Assembly: GCA_964016885.1 (NCBI GenBank)
Contig: OZ024743.1
Span: forward strand, 267,716,001 to 267,780,000
Direction: 5' to 3'
Length of the DNA stretch: 64,000 nt
Source of the DNA: Eledone cirrhosa
Lineage: Eukaryota
Positions within the stretch are counted from its first letter, which is position 1; each line of letters begins with the position of its first letter. Shown here in pieces: positions 1-13,427 of the stretch. The notes below the pieces were generated by a model. The model was given only the letters and a program-made list of their open reading frames with translations. It ran no database searches and was not told where the DNA came from. The position numbers and the translations under genes were made by a program.

Positions 1-828
1 GAGATGATGAAATATTTCATCAGGCCAATTACAACTGGCCAATGTGAGATGTTGAAATACCTATTTCATCAGACAAAACTTGATTGGTTAATTTAAGATG
101 ATGAAATATTGCATCTGAACTATGGAGCAATGAATAATGTAGCTTATTTAAAGGTATGTTTCCATAATGTAAATGAAATACATGGATACACGTCATTAAT
201 TGGAATTTCTATACAATGCATGAACTAAAACCAAAATAACTTTGTCATCTTGAAAGCTGTACGTTATGTCAAAAAATTAGTTGTATATTTGAAATCAGCA
301 TTACAAAGTACACTAAGCACACCATGACATATGCTTCATGAAAAATACGTGTTGAACAGCGTTAGCATAATAATCACATAGATCATTACATAAAGTCATC
401 AATATAATTTAGTTATTTAGTTACATACAAAAAGACACACGCACACACAAAGAAACAATGAAGGTAATAAATTATGTACACGACATTCCAGATAACTGAA
501 GACTGCTGGTGAAAGACAAGAAAAACAACAAACTTTTAAGATTTTTAGCTTAGATTTTTTTACCTTTTTTTATTTGCTTTGACTGTATGCCCATATGGAC
601 TCTACACATAGATAAGTTCAATCCCACCGTTCTGATACTGGTGGCTTAGTTCAGATCTAGCTGTCGAAACGGCCGGAGCTCAGCCGTTGAGGGTCCTGAA
701 TCTTTTCATACATATAAATATATATACATAGCAAGCACTGTTTTAATAATGCACACATGCATAAACTCAAGTGTGACCTTTCATATATACATATATATAT
801 ATATATATATGTGTGCGTATGTGTGTGC

Positions 829-868
<40 letters not shown>

Positions 869-1790
869 ACTTAAATGAAACTTATTTACTTTACTCTGCA
901 CTACCCCAAAACAAGCTTCAAATATTCAACATCACAATAAATCAAATTTAAAATCAACTCAAAAATGTGTACTATGATATCAAGTTTGATCAGACCAGAA
1001 TTGCATTCCATATATAGTTAATGCTTGTTGCGTTTTGCCGGTAAATTAGTAGAATATATTGTAGCATAGGGTTTAAGGTGGTGGACATGCGACCTTAATT
1101 GCGAGGGCTCGATTCTGGGACATAATGTTTTTTTTATGTTCTTGAGCAAACCACCTCATTCAGATGAGCCTGCTGAATCTAATGTCTTGCGACAAAATGT
1201 GATTTTTTTATTTAACAGTGCAGTGCACATAATATGTAATCCTGTTAATTTAAAATAGATTATTACCTAACTAAACGAACACGTTTAAAAATTAACGTAA
1301 CAGGTAAAACACTATAGATAAAGTAACCTCCAACACAAAACATATATATATATAGGTAAATAATTGTTTCTAATGATTTCACTTTACATAATTTAGATTT
1401 AAAATATTACAATTTTGTTTGGGAGATCATTTTTTTTAATAGTACACCCGGGATGTATCTCTTGACAAGGATTGAACCTCAGACCAGGATCTCCATCGTC
1501 TCTAATACCTCCCAATAGCACACTGATACCTACAAATCAAAATTGTAAAATTATAAAGTTATATGCCCAACTGTACCAAGGGTTTCACACATTTTCCAAT
1601 ATATATATTGGAAAATGTAAATATATATTGTTATACTTTGGGAGGGTCATGTTGCCAATAAGAAACACACGCACCAGTTGCTTTCACTTCAATTTATTAT
1701 ATATTTATAAATTTATAAATTTACAAATCTACAAACTTATAAATTTCTGGTTGGTTGGTTGGTTCCACAACCAGATAGTTGTTTATGTAT

Positions 1791-1835
1791 AGTCATAGTC
1801 CTTTCGTCACACACTCTGTGACCTCTTCAGTGACT
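1791..1835 (-). ncRNA. Minimal type-I hammerhead ribozyme (PLE family A)
   Basis: AGUCA-CUGAAGA-G-GUCACA(gagug)UGUGAC-GAAA-GGAC-UA-UGACU; stems I and II pair. Confidence 0.85.
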
Positions 1836-2043
1836 GGGGATTCCTTTCTTTGTTTCTGTGCCTTTCCTTTCTTCTGTCCTACGCCATTTTGTTTCTGTGT
1901 GTGTGGTGTGTGCTCAGTTTGCGCATGCGCCACATCCGGGTGTCTGTGTGTGTTTGTGTTCATTTATCTATTTGTTTATTTATTTATTTATTTATTGTTG
2001 GTTGGTTGTTTGTTCTATGTGTGTGTGTGTTTTCATTTTGTCC

Positions 2044-3976
2044 TTAATTGTAAGTTGTGATGTTGCTGTTCCACTCATATTTTCTATTTAATTTTGGTTG
2101 TAATTCTTTTATGCTTACTGCCTCTGTAATTTGCCTAAACATTGCATCTTTTCTGTGTGTGGATTCTATTTTTATTTCTATGTTCTCTAATTTACCCCTG
2201 TGCTCTATCTTAGCATGTTGGTAGAGCACAGATGATTCTTTATTATCTTGAAGGTCTCGCCAGTGTTCATTTATTCGTTCCCCTATAGTACGAGCTGTCT
2301 CACCTATGTACACTATATTTTTGTTTCTACATTGTCCTTCAGTACATCTTATGCTATACACTACATTTCTAGTTTTACAGTTAATATGGGGGCTTATTTT
2401 ACAGGTTATACATTTCTTATCTATACATGAGGGTCTTTGGAACGGGTATGTCTTGCTAATAAGTGTTTTTACGGAGGTACCTGGTCTTTCTACTATCTTA
2501 ATATTGAGTTTATGTTTATTTAGGGCCCTTCTAAATTTGTAGGCTAGTTCGCCTCTAGGGGTTGTATTGATGAACATTACACTCTGGTATTTATTGCTAT
2601 CATACCATGAGTTTATTCTATTGGCCTTGTTCCTAGTTCTTTCTATTCTATTCCAAAAGTTGCTCCTATACAAGGGGCAGGTCCCATTTATGTCATTATT
2701 TACCATTTTTTCCCATTTGGTTCTGGCTCCTCTATACACTCTGATTCTATCTCTCTGATTGTAGCCAGAGAACTGCATACGGTGGATGAAGTGTTGTATG
2801 TGTCTCTCTAGTTCTTCGGGGTTGCACATGCGGGACACATTTCTCATCACCCGTACCAAATCCGCAATCAGTATGTTGATTTTGGTATGGTCCGAAATGG
2901 CCGAGTTTCGGTGGATCAGATGTTTGGAAGTCATGGGTTTGGCATAATGGGAATGGAGGATTTGTTTTTGGTTGTTAATGGTATCTAACCAGAGCTCTGT
3001 GTCTAGTACAGGTAATCGATGGTTGGGGTGTCTACTTGGGTAGTCTATAGTAACTCTAATGCTCTGGTGGATGGAGTTTGCTATTTGCTGGATGCTTTCC
3101 ATTGTGTTTTTCTCTAGTTCCTGACTGTTCTTTAGTGGGGGTGTCTTAACTACGATGTTTATATCATCTACGTAGCGGGAGTACATTATCAGGGTTAAGC
3201 TGTCTTCTAATTGTTCTTTAAGTTTTTTGTTTAAGTCTACTGTCCCACCATACCATGAATAAGTTAGCTATGTCGCCTGCAATGCTAACACCAATGGCTG
3301 CTCCTTCCTCTTAGGCATATGTTTTACCATTAAATTTGAACATATGTTCGTTAAGGGTTAATTTTATGCTGGCCCCTACCGCATGTGCAATCATTTTCTT
3401 CAGTTCATCGTGGTTTTCGGGTGTCCGTATGGCTCTGGTCCACCCGTTCCATCTATCTGTGTGGGTTTTCTTGGACATTGAGGTAATGGTAGGTGGTCTG
3501 CCTCTTGCTGGTCTTGTAGGGCACAGGTTGCTAAGGTCATAAGTGTCTAGGTAATTATTACTATGGGTAAGCTTAAGTAGAAGTCCCAGCTCACTGGTAT
3601 CAATCCCACGGAACTCAACCTTACTCTCGCTGATCATTTCTACGCATTTTTCCACAGCAAAATCCACGCCAATAGATGGATACAGGGACACAACATCCAT
3701 ACTGCCTATTATGCAGTCTGTTAGGTCCCCAGATCGGTTACTCGCGCCGATTCTGCTGAGGAGGACTTCCGTGCTGTCACATACATCTGGGGACATCTCA
3801 ATGATGGGGCGTATGATCAGGGAGAGGAAGTAGGAGAGTCTGTAGTTACTAGCAATGTTAGCTCCACAGACTGGCCGTGTTGGTGGTCCCGCGACAGGGT
3901 CACAGCCCGTTTTATGGTCTTTTCGAAGCTCATACAACGCCGGCACGTCATTGTTCCAGGCCTGGAAGTTGTTGGA
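2044..3976 (-). pseudogene. PLE reverse transcriptase + C-terminal GIY-YIG endonuclease, disrupted
   Basis: Motifs LRKDHK..GPPTRPV, MDVVSLYPSI, *EEGAAIG..MVWWD, YVDD, LPVLD, CxxxxCxxC and VVYSIRC..YIGETARTIGERINEH..EA..P.LN. There is a stop at ~3311 and a frameshift at ~3230. Confidence 0.92.
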
Positions 3977-4340
3977 AGGGGTAAATTAGAGAACATAGAA
4001 ATAAAAATAGAATCCACACACAGAAAAGATGCAATGTTTAGGCAAATTACAGAGGCAGTAAGCATAAAAGAATTACAACCAAAATTAAATAGAAAATATG
4101 AGTGGAACAGCAACATCACAACTTACAATTAAGGACAAAATTAAAACACACACACACATAGAACAAACAACCAACCAACAATAAATAAATAAATAAATAA
4201 ACAAATAGATAAATGAACACAAACACACACAGACACCCGGATGTGGCGCATGCGCAAACTGAGCACACAACACACACACAGAAACAAAATGGCGTAGGAC
4301 AGAAGAAAGGAAAGGCACAGAAACAAAGAGAGGAATCCCC

Positions 4341-4385
4341 AGTCACTGAAGAGGTCACAGAGTGTGTGACGAAAGGACTATGACT
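4341..4385 (+). ncRNA. Minimal type-I hammerhead ribozyme (family A, inverted arm)
   Basis: Same sequence as 1791-1835 on the opposite strand. Confidence 0.85.
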
Positions 4386-4504
4386 ATATATAAACAACTA
4401 TCTGGTTGTGGAACCAACCAACCAACCAGAAATGTATAAGTTTGTAGAATTGTAAATTTATAAATTTATAAATATATAATAAATTGAAGTGAATATATAT
4501 ATAC

Positions 4505-4607
<103 letters not shown>

Positions 4608-4647
4608 CATATATATACATATATATATATATACATATATATACATA

Positions 4648-4768
<121 letters not shown>

Positions 4769-4870
4769 GTAGGTCCCGGGTTGAGTCGGGGATAACCACA
4801 GTAAGTAAGGTACTCAATACATGGCACAGTAAACATTTTTATTTTATTTTTTATTTTATTTTATAGAAGG

Positions 4871-4915
4871 AGCTTCTACAGGACTGTTTCATTCAGATGA
4901 AATCTTCAGGAAGCT
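4871..4915 (-). ncRNA. Type-I hammerhead ribozyme (family B)
   Basis: AGCUUC-CUGAAGA-UUUCAUCUGAAU-GAAACAG-UC-CUGUA-GAAGCU with a GUA cleavage triplet. Confidence 0.75.
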
Positions 4916-5424
4916 GGGCGTCATATTAAGTTCTGGTATTTATACATTTAGGTAGTACTAAGGGAGGGGTGGTGGGATGGGGGGGGGGGGTATTTAGATA
5001 CACGGGACCACATCATGGCACAGGCCGTTTTTTCTTTGGAGAGTGGTCAAGCCAGAGTACTTTTTAAAAAAAAAAATAAATGAATGAGTAAATAAATAAA
5101 TAAATGATCAAATAGATAAAAGAATAGATAGATAAAATAAATAAAAGAATAAATAAAAATAAATAAATAAAAACCCCATGAATAGTAATTCAACAGATAT
5201 ATAGTAGGGAAAATTTAGGTGGGTTGGTAATAGAAATTAAACATTTAACAAGACCGAATCATGGCACAGACCGGGGTGAGTGGTCAAGTTAACATACAAG
5301 CCACAGGTGGCCAGAGTGTTTTTGTAGGATGGAAAGAATAAAATATATTATATATTTACATACTCACAACCACATACAAAAACACTTACACACATATATA
5401 TACATATACAAACAAATACACACA

Positions 5425-5520
<96 letters not shown>

Positions 5521-5952
5521 TAAGGTAATGAATTCTTTTACAATGGAATCAGCTCGAAGGAGGAAAAATACCCCCTGAGCAGTGTATAAATTAATATGTA
5601 TGTGATGAAACACAGATACCAACACATCTGTATATATATTGCAAAAGAAAAATTTAGCCACATTGAAGTATACTAATTATTATACTACAGTTTGTCCATA
5701 TCGATTTAAAATAATAAATCAACGGAGACGAACTGTATTGCCAAGAGGCCGTGATGTTTAGACACATTTAAATTTCAAAATCAAACCTGTTCCGTAGATA
5801 AGTTTAGACTTTAAGATCCAAATATGTTTCGAGTTAAATAAGTGTAGGAATATCATGTCCCGCTCTCCTCAGTATATATATTTAAAGTGTGTGTATGTGT
5901 GTGCACACCTACACATTCACACACGCACACATACACATACACATACACATAC

Positions 5953-5994
<42 letters not shown>

Positions 5995-6338
5995 ACACAC
6001 ACACATATATATGTGTGCGTATACACATACACACACATACATACACACACACACATGCATACATACACATATATACATATATACACAAGAAAAACACAAA
6101 CACACAAAAATACACACACACACGCATACACATACACACACATATATATCTACACATACACGCGATATATACATATATATGCGTATACACGTATACATAT
6201 ATATATATATTATATTCACACCTACATGTACGTATGTCTCTCTCGAATAAACTATACTATACACATACATACATATGCACACACATACATACACATACAT
6301 ACACACACACACACGAACACATATATATGCGTATACAC

Positions 6339-6385
<47 letters not shown>

Positions 6386-6640
6386 CAACTACATGTACGT
6401 ATGTCTCTCTCGAGTAAACTATACTATACACATACATACATATGCACACACATACATACACATACATACACACACACACAAACACATACATTCACACATA
6501 TATATACATATATACACATACATACACACACATACATATGAAATCTCATATATATATGTACATATATATATATATATATACCCATACACACATATATATA
6601 TATACACATATATATACATATACACATATACATATATATG

Positions 6641-6721
<81 letters not shown>

Positions 6722-6723
<2 letters not shown>

Positions 6724-7053
6724 CGAAGGAAATGTGGTAAGGAACCAGGTGGACCATAACGCACCAAAGTACTCAATACTTGAGGTAGTAGAGTGGGTAA
6801 TAGGAACCAGTAAGACCCCGACAGCTGAGCTCAAGCCGTTTCGACGGCTAATTCTCCTACTGGCAGGTTTAGCCACCATCTCCCCTACTAATTTGCAACC
6901 ACAGAATTACTACTGATTTTTGACAATCACTTTGACCATATATGGAATTACCCCTTGAGAAGATCGGCTATTTAAATACCAGGATAAATTTCCATTTAGT
7001 CCAGAATTAGCCGTCGAAACGGCTTGAGCTCAGCTGTCGGGGTCTTACTGGTT

Positions 7054-7056
<3 letters not shown>
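6722..7056. mobile_element. Short ORF-less foldback PLE-type insertion (family C) in (TA)n
   Basis: 6800-6854 is the reverse complement of ~7003-7056. Related copies occur at 33962-34168, 52513-52706 and ~655-700. Confidence 0.8.
6950..7043 (+). ncRNA. Type-I hammerhead ribozyme with U3-A8 variant core (family C)
   Basis: ACCCC-UUGAGAA-GA(U)CGGCUA...UAGCCGUC-GAA-ACGGCU(UGAGCUC)AGCUGU-C-GGGGU. All three stems pair and the triplet is GUC. Confidence 0.75.
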
Positions 7057-7095
<39 letters not shown>

Positions 7096-7889
7096 CGTAC
7101 ACACACATACACATTTACAAGCAGACACGCATACATACACAAACACATACATACATACAAATAAGTACACATAAACGGATATGCACAAACACGCACTCGT
7201 TCGCACTCATACATGTGTCCATAGTATAAAGGTAGTGGGACAAATTTTAATTTTAAATTTTAAAATTTAAAATTTTAAACTGGGCCTGATAGACGATAAA
7301 TAATTAATGTTACTGTTAAGTTATTAATATTATCATCAAGTAATTAAATACTATTTATTATTTATTACTTACTATTTACCATTCACTATTCGTTACCTAT
7401 CTTTTATCCCCTATTTATTCATTACCCAATCATTCACTCATAAATTAGTAAATAAATGAATGAGTTAACCAACAAACAAACAAACAAACAAACAGATAAA
7501 CAAATAAACCAACAAATAAGTAAATAAATAAATAAATAAATGGATAAATAAATAAATAAGTAAATAAAGTAACTAAATAAATAAATAAATAAAATATACA
7601 GTTAAGTAGATAAATAAATCATGAACGTATACGTGCCGCAGTTCAAAACTGCACGTATGCAAACATGAGCAGGTATATACGTGAATTTGTGTGTGCGGCC
7701 ACGGAACTTTATTCAGAGGCATACAACACAATATATAAGACCTGGAAGGGAGGAAAGAGGGTAATAATGAGAGATAGAGGGGAGGAAAGAGGGTAATAAT
7801 GAGAGATGGAGGGACGGAAATGGGATGGGAGGCGGGGGTGGGTGGTGATATGGGGGAGGAGTTCAGTCAGGGGGCCGGGGGGCTCTGTA

Positions 7890-8662
7890 GTTTTTGTAAT
7901 TTGCATAGTTCTTGTGCATGCAATTAGGGGAGTGTTCCGAGATCTTGTTGAGGAGAGGGCCTTTGGCGAATAGAATCTCATAGTTCTCTGAGATACAGAG
8001 GTCACAGCAATTATGGCCTCCCGTGTATGATCGCGCTCTCTGGAGTAGTCTCCATTGGGTCTTGAAGGGGATGGAGTTCCTTTTTAGGTGCCAGATGTGG
8101 GCGGCGCGTGTAGTTTGGTTAGATTTGTCTGGGCGCCGGAACGAATGTGTGTGGGCGTACCAGCGAGTCTAAAAACTATTAGAAGTCATCCCGATGTACG
8201 AGTTTCTTCTTTCATCGGGGCCTGAGAGTACATCGCATATATACACGAGATCTTTTTTTAGACAGTTGTTGTTGAGAGGGCAGGTCGTCTTATCAGGGCA
8301 ATTGCAGTTGCTATCGGTTGCTGGATGGGCTTCGGAAAAAGTAGACTTATTTAGCTTCTTGATGTTGTTGTTGGCTAAGTTTCTAGCTAGATTAGGTGTG
8401 GTAGAGTAAGAGAGTCTGATGGTATTCTTATTATGGATAGTATAGTACCTATGTTGGGTGGGGAAGTGTTTTTGTAAGAGAGTGAAGAAAATTTTAGCTA
8501 CAGGTGTTGAAACTTCTCGGTTGAAGGGGGGGGGGGGGGGTTGTACCAGCTAATGTGCCTTCGCCTATTCTTCCTGGGTGGGCGTGGGGCTATAGTAAGG
8601 TAGGTGATCTTATCTCTAAAGCCGCTGCGGGCCAAGGCCTCGTTGCAATAGGGCGCTGCTGG
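7890..8662 (-). pseudogene. PLE thumb/linker + GIY-YIG endonuclease remnant
   Basis: AAPYCNEALARSGF..WYNPP, then after a frameshift in the G-run KHFP..NKNTIRLSYS..CNCPDKTTCPLNNNC..LVY..YIGMT..F*TRWYAH..CDLCISE. Confidence 0.85.
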
Positions 8663-9298
8663 TACATATATATATATATGAGATTTTATATGTATGTGTG
8701 TGTATGTATGTGTATATATGTATATATATGTGTGAATGTATGTGTTTGTGTGTGTGTGTGTATGTATGTGTATGTATGTGTGTGCATATGTATTTATGTG
8801 TATATGATAGTTTACTCGAGAGAGACATAGGTACATGTAGGAGTGAATATATATATATATATATATACGTGTATACGCATATATATGTGTTTGTGTGTGT
8901 GTGTATGTATGTGTATGTATGTGTGTGCATATGTATGTATGTGTATAGTATAGTTTACTCGAGAGAGACATACGTACATGTAGGTGTGAATATATATATA
9001 TATATATATATACGTGTATACGCATATATATGTATATATCGCGTGTATGTGTAGATATATATGTGTGTGCATGTGTATGCGTGTGTGTGTGTATTTTTGT
9101 GTGTTTGTGTTTTTCTTGTGTATATATGTATATATGTGTATGTATGCATGTGTGTGTGTGTATGTATGTGTGTGTATGTGTATACGCACACATATATATG
9201 TGTGTATGTGTATGTGTATATATATATATATATGTATATGTATGTGTATGTGTATGTGTGTGTGTGTGAATGTGTAGGTGTGCACACACATACACACA

Positions 9299-9347
<49 letters not shown>

Positions 9348-9450
9348 ATGTATGTATGTGTGTATATATGTGTGTGTGAGTGTTTAAATATTTATATATG
9401 TGTGTGTATATATATATATATATACTCCCCTACACACCTTTTGAACTCTC

Positions 9451-9482
9451 ACCTGAAGAAGGGCTTATGCCCGAAACGTCGT
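9451..9482 (+). ncRNA. Minimal hammerhead motif in a ~150-bp insertion between TA runs
   Basis: CUGAAGA-A-GGGC(uuau)GCCC-GAAACGUC; stem I is degenerate. Confidence 0.6.
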
Positions 9483-10105
9483 CCTCCACCTACCCCTCAC
9501 TCTCCTGAGCGTGAATTTAATAAACATTTATCGTACTGCCTCTCTGTTCTGACCCTGTTCAATGTTTCATTATATATATATATATATATATGTGTGTGAA
9601 TTTATTTGTATATGTATATATATATATGTGTGTAAGTGTTTTTGTATGTGGTTGTGAGTATGTAAATATATAATATGTTTTATTCTTTCCATCCTACAAA
9701 AACACTCTGGCCACCTCTGGCTTGTATGTTAACTTGACCACTCACCCCTGTCTGTGCCATGATTCGGTCTTGTTAAATGTTTAATTTCTATTACCAACCC
9801 ACCTAAATTTTCCCTAATATATATCTGTTGAATTACTATTCATGGGGTTTTTATTTATTTATTTTTATTTATTCTTTTATTTATTTTATCTATCTATTCT
9901 TTTATCTATTTGTTCATTTATTTATTTATTTATTTACTCATTCCTTTATTTATTTCAAAAAAGCACTCTGGCTTGACCACTCCCCAAAGAAAAAACGGCC
10001 TGTGTCATGATGTGGTCCCGTGTATCTAAATACCCCCCCCCCCGTCCACCACCCCTCCCTTAATACTACCTAAATGTATAAATACCAGAACTTAATATGA
10101 CACCC

Positions 10106-10156
10106 AGCTTCCTGAAGATTTCATCTGAATGAAACAGTACTAGTCCTGTAGAAGCT
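10106..10156 (+). ncRNA. Type-I hammerhead ribozyme (family B, inverted arm)
   Basis: AGCUUC-CUGAAGA-UUUCAUCUGAAU-GAAACAG(uacuaguc)CUGUA-GAAGCU. Confidence 0.78.
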
Positions 10157-10262
10157 CCTTCTATAAAATAAAAATAAAAAAATAAAAAATAAAAATATAT
10201 ATATATATATATATATAGTGACGAAACATAAGTCAATTGCAAGAACTCATAATCCTTTATTT

Positions 10263-10318
10263 ACTGCTATATATATTTCGATGATAACCATTGAATGGCT
10301 ATGGCCTCATCAGGCAGT
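10263..10318 (-). ncRNA. Minimal type-I hammerhead ribozyme
   Basis: ACUGC-CUGAUGA-G..AUAGCCAUU/AAUGGUUAU..C-GAAA-UAUAUA-UA-GCAGU with a palindromic loop 3. Confidence 0.7.
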
Positions 10319-10491
10319 TAGTCAGTTCTTAGATATGCCAGCTCTGTGTGTATAATGTTGATGGTATCAGAGCCTTGGGACATATGAGCTTGTTAGGAAT
10401 ATTTTGATGTTGTCAGCAGGAATAGTCTTGATTCTCATTGGTCAGTTTTTAGATCGTAGTAGGTTGCCATTTGACCTCAAAGAGGCAGGTG

Positions 10492-10595
<104 letters not shown>

Positions 10596-10761
10596 GAAGT
10601 TGGAATCACCACGGGAGATATGTTTAAGTGTCTGTTTTCTTTTTCATTCGTCAAAGTGACATTATTGAAAAGATAGTGTTATCAGAAAGATAGCGTTATT
10701 AAAAAAAGAGGGAGAATTATTTTTTGAAAATGTTTTCTTGGATTATATAAAGTGTATGGAA

Positions 10762-10804
10762 AAATTACCGGTTTCGATGTATTAAAATCCATCTTGTCAA
10801 ATTC
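10762..10804 (-). ncRNA. Minimal hammerhead, U3-A8 variant (family D)
   Basis: GAAU-UUGACAA-GAUG(gauuuuaaua)CAUC-GAAA-CCGG-UA-AUUU. Confidence 0.7.
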
Positions 10805-12627
10805 AGTGAAAAATGTTAATTAAAAAGCGAGTAAAAAAAGTGTTCAAAATTAAAATTAAAATCAAAAACGAATGTTTGAGCAAAATGTATTTCCTCATGC
10901 CTTCTGAAAAGTTGGCATGGAATGAGGCCAAGTTGTTTTGTTTAATCTAGTGGTCAGTAGTTCAAAACGGGGTAGGGGTTGTAGGAGCTGACTACTGCTG
11001 TAGGAGCTGACTACTGTGGTAGGTTTGTATGTGTACATACCCACACACACACATACATACACACACACATGTATGGAGAGAGTGTGAGTGTGTATATACA
11101 ACAGTACACACATGTGTATATGTGTATATGTATGCATAAATATGTGTGCGTATATATGTGTGGGGCTATTGTGTGTGTTTTTACTGTTTGTCTGTTAAAG
11201 ATATTTTGTAGAGGGGAATTAAGAAAAAGTTCTTTTCTCTCCAAAATTCAGAAGATTGGCAAAAGTTAGAGCTGAAATCCAAAGGATTTCCAGAATCCAA
11301 AAATTTAAAAATTTAAAATTAATGATTAAAGAAGTTAAAAGAGTCAAGAGAACTCTTCCAAAACACTTCAAAAAATACCTTTCAAAAGAAACCTTACGAA
11401 GTCTTTCTCTCCAAAAAATCCTTGTTTAGAAGAAATCTTTAAAAGATCTTAAAAAAATCTTTTCAAAAATCGAGAGACAGTGCGTATATATAAAAATGAA
11501 TGAGTAAATAAATAAATATATACACAGAGGGAATTAAGTAACATTTCTTTCTACAAAATTCCGAAAATTGTGTATGCTTTTACAGTTTGTCTGTTAAAGT
11601 TACTTTTGTAGATGGGAACAAAGAAAACATTCTTCTCTCTCCAAAATTTAGAGAATTAGCAAAGTTAAGAGCTTAAATCCAAATGATTCGCAGAATCCAA
11701 AAATTTTAAAATTAAAGGCGTTAAGAGAACTCTACCAAACAATTTCAAAAAGAACCCTTCAAAAGGAGCATTAAAGAAACTCTCTCTCCCCCAAAAATCA
11801 TTCTTAAAGAGAAATTCTTAAAAGATTCTAAAAATGTGTTCCCCTCTACAAAAGTAACTTTAACAGACAAACTGTAAAAGCACACACACACAATTTTCGA
11901 AATTTTGTAGAAAATATGTTACTTAATTCCCTCTGTCTATATATTTATTTCTTTACTCATTCATTTTTATATATACACGCTCTGTGTCTCGCTTTTGAAA
12001 AGATTTTTTAAGATCTTTTAAAAATTTCTTCTAAAGAATGATTTTTTGGAGAGAAAGACTTCTTAAGGTTTCCTTTGAAAGGTATTTTTTGAAGTTTTGG
12101 TGAAGAGATCTATTTAGTTTCTAACTTATTTAATCATTAATTTTTAATTTTTGGTCTGGGAATCCTATGGATTTCAGCTCTAACTTTTGCCAATCTTCTG
12201 AATTTTGAAGAGAAAAGAACTTTTTCTTAATTCCCCTCTACAAAAGTAACTTTAACAGACAAACTGTAAAAGGACACACACACAACAACCCCACCCATAT
12301 ATACGCACACATATTTATGCATACATATACGCACAGACACACATGTGTGTACTGTTGTATATACACACTCACACTCTCTCTATGTATGTGTGTGTATGTG
12401 TGTGTGTGTGGTTATGTACACATACCAACCTACCACAGTAGTCAGCTCCTACAATCCCTACCCCCTTTTGAATTATTGACCACTAGATTAAACAAAGCAA
12501 CTTGCACTCATTCCAGGCCAACTTCTCAGAAGGCATGACGGAAGAAATTTTGCTCAAACATTCGTTTTGATTTTAATTTTAATTTTAAACACTTTTTCTA
12601 TTCCCTTTTTAATTAACCTTTTCCACT

Positions 12628-12664
12628 GAATTTGACAAGATGGATACATCGAAACCGGTAATTT
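12628..12664 (+). ncRNA. Minimal hammerhead, U3-A8 variant (family D)
   Basis: GAAU-UUGACAA-GAUG(gaua)CAUC-GAAA-CCGG-UA-AUUU. Confidence 0.7.
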
Positions 12665-12953
12665 TTTCATACACTCTATATACTCCATAAAAAATGTTCA
12701 AAACAGAGTTGTCCCTCTTTTTTTAATAAAACTATATTTTCAATAATGTCAATTTGACGAATCAAAAAAAAAGAAAAGAGACCCTTAAACATATCTCCCG
12801 TGCTATTTCCAACTTCATCTTTTCTCTATACCCACTGTTTTGTATAGAACCTCAATTCTCTTTTCTAATATATATATATATATATAATCAAAGTTTAGCT
12901 AATAAGAAAGTTTTAAAATAAATTTTAAAAAGTTCACTGTATCTGCGATAATT

Positions 12954-13029
12954 ACCCTCACCGCGCGGTTTCATGTTACAAAATAAATGGATAATCCATG
13001 CGGAAATTCATTGACTTTCGTCAGAGGGT
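12954..13029 (-). ncRNA. Degenerate hammerhead (family E, downstream copy)
   Basis: ACCCU-CUGACGA-AAGUC...AACAU-GAAA-CCGCGCGG-UG-AGGGU. The site is UG rather than UH and stem II is mismatched. Confidence 0.6.
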
Positions 13030-13427
13030 TCTTCTCACTCTTTGAATATAAAACTCCTGAGTTCAAATCACGAACTGGCGCCATACAGAGCTGTTCCCGG
13101 ATGAGAGTGAATGATGAAGAAACAATTTTGTCTAGTGCCGTGTGTAAAGATAGAAGGCAGGGGCGGAAAGGTCAATGTAGTGTCACTAGAAATAGCAGCA
13201 GTTAAAATGACCAAAATGTTATCTCTACCAGGGGAGATTAATAATAATAAAATATGTTTCCATACATGCAAAATGCATATAGGGACACATGTATTATCCA
13301 ACCGTATGCCAATATGGTTCTATGGCAGGTTAATAAATTAAAGAGCCAGAACATATATAATCAAGGTTTAGCAAATAAGAAAAAGTTTTAAAATAAATTT
13401 TAAAAGGTTCACTGTACCTGCTATAAT

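Larger units (their letters stand above)
1627..4492 (-). mobile_element. Penelope-like element (family A): 5'-truncated RT + GIY-YIG body with 3' pseudo-LTR, plus an inverted partial copy (3977-4492, +)
   Basis: RT/EN ORFs on the minus strand. 3977-4492 is the reverse complement of ~1683-2200. An HHR lies in each arm, both ends abut TA runs, and the inverted layout is typical of PLE insertions. Confidence 0.92.

Noticed and set aside
1-120. Three degenerate ~45-50-bp repeats (GAGATGATGAAATA..CATC)
   Set aside because: A short decayed minisatellite cut by the window edge; no further inference is possible.
3914-4132. 72-aa ORF ending in a GIY-YIG C-terminus
   Set aside because: It is a chance fusion across the PLE inversion junction at ~3977.
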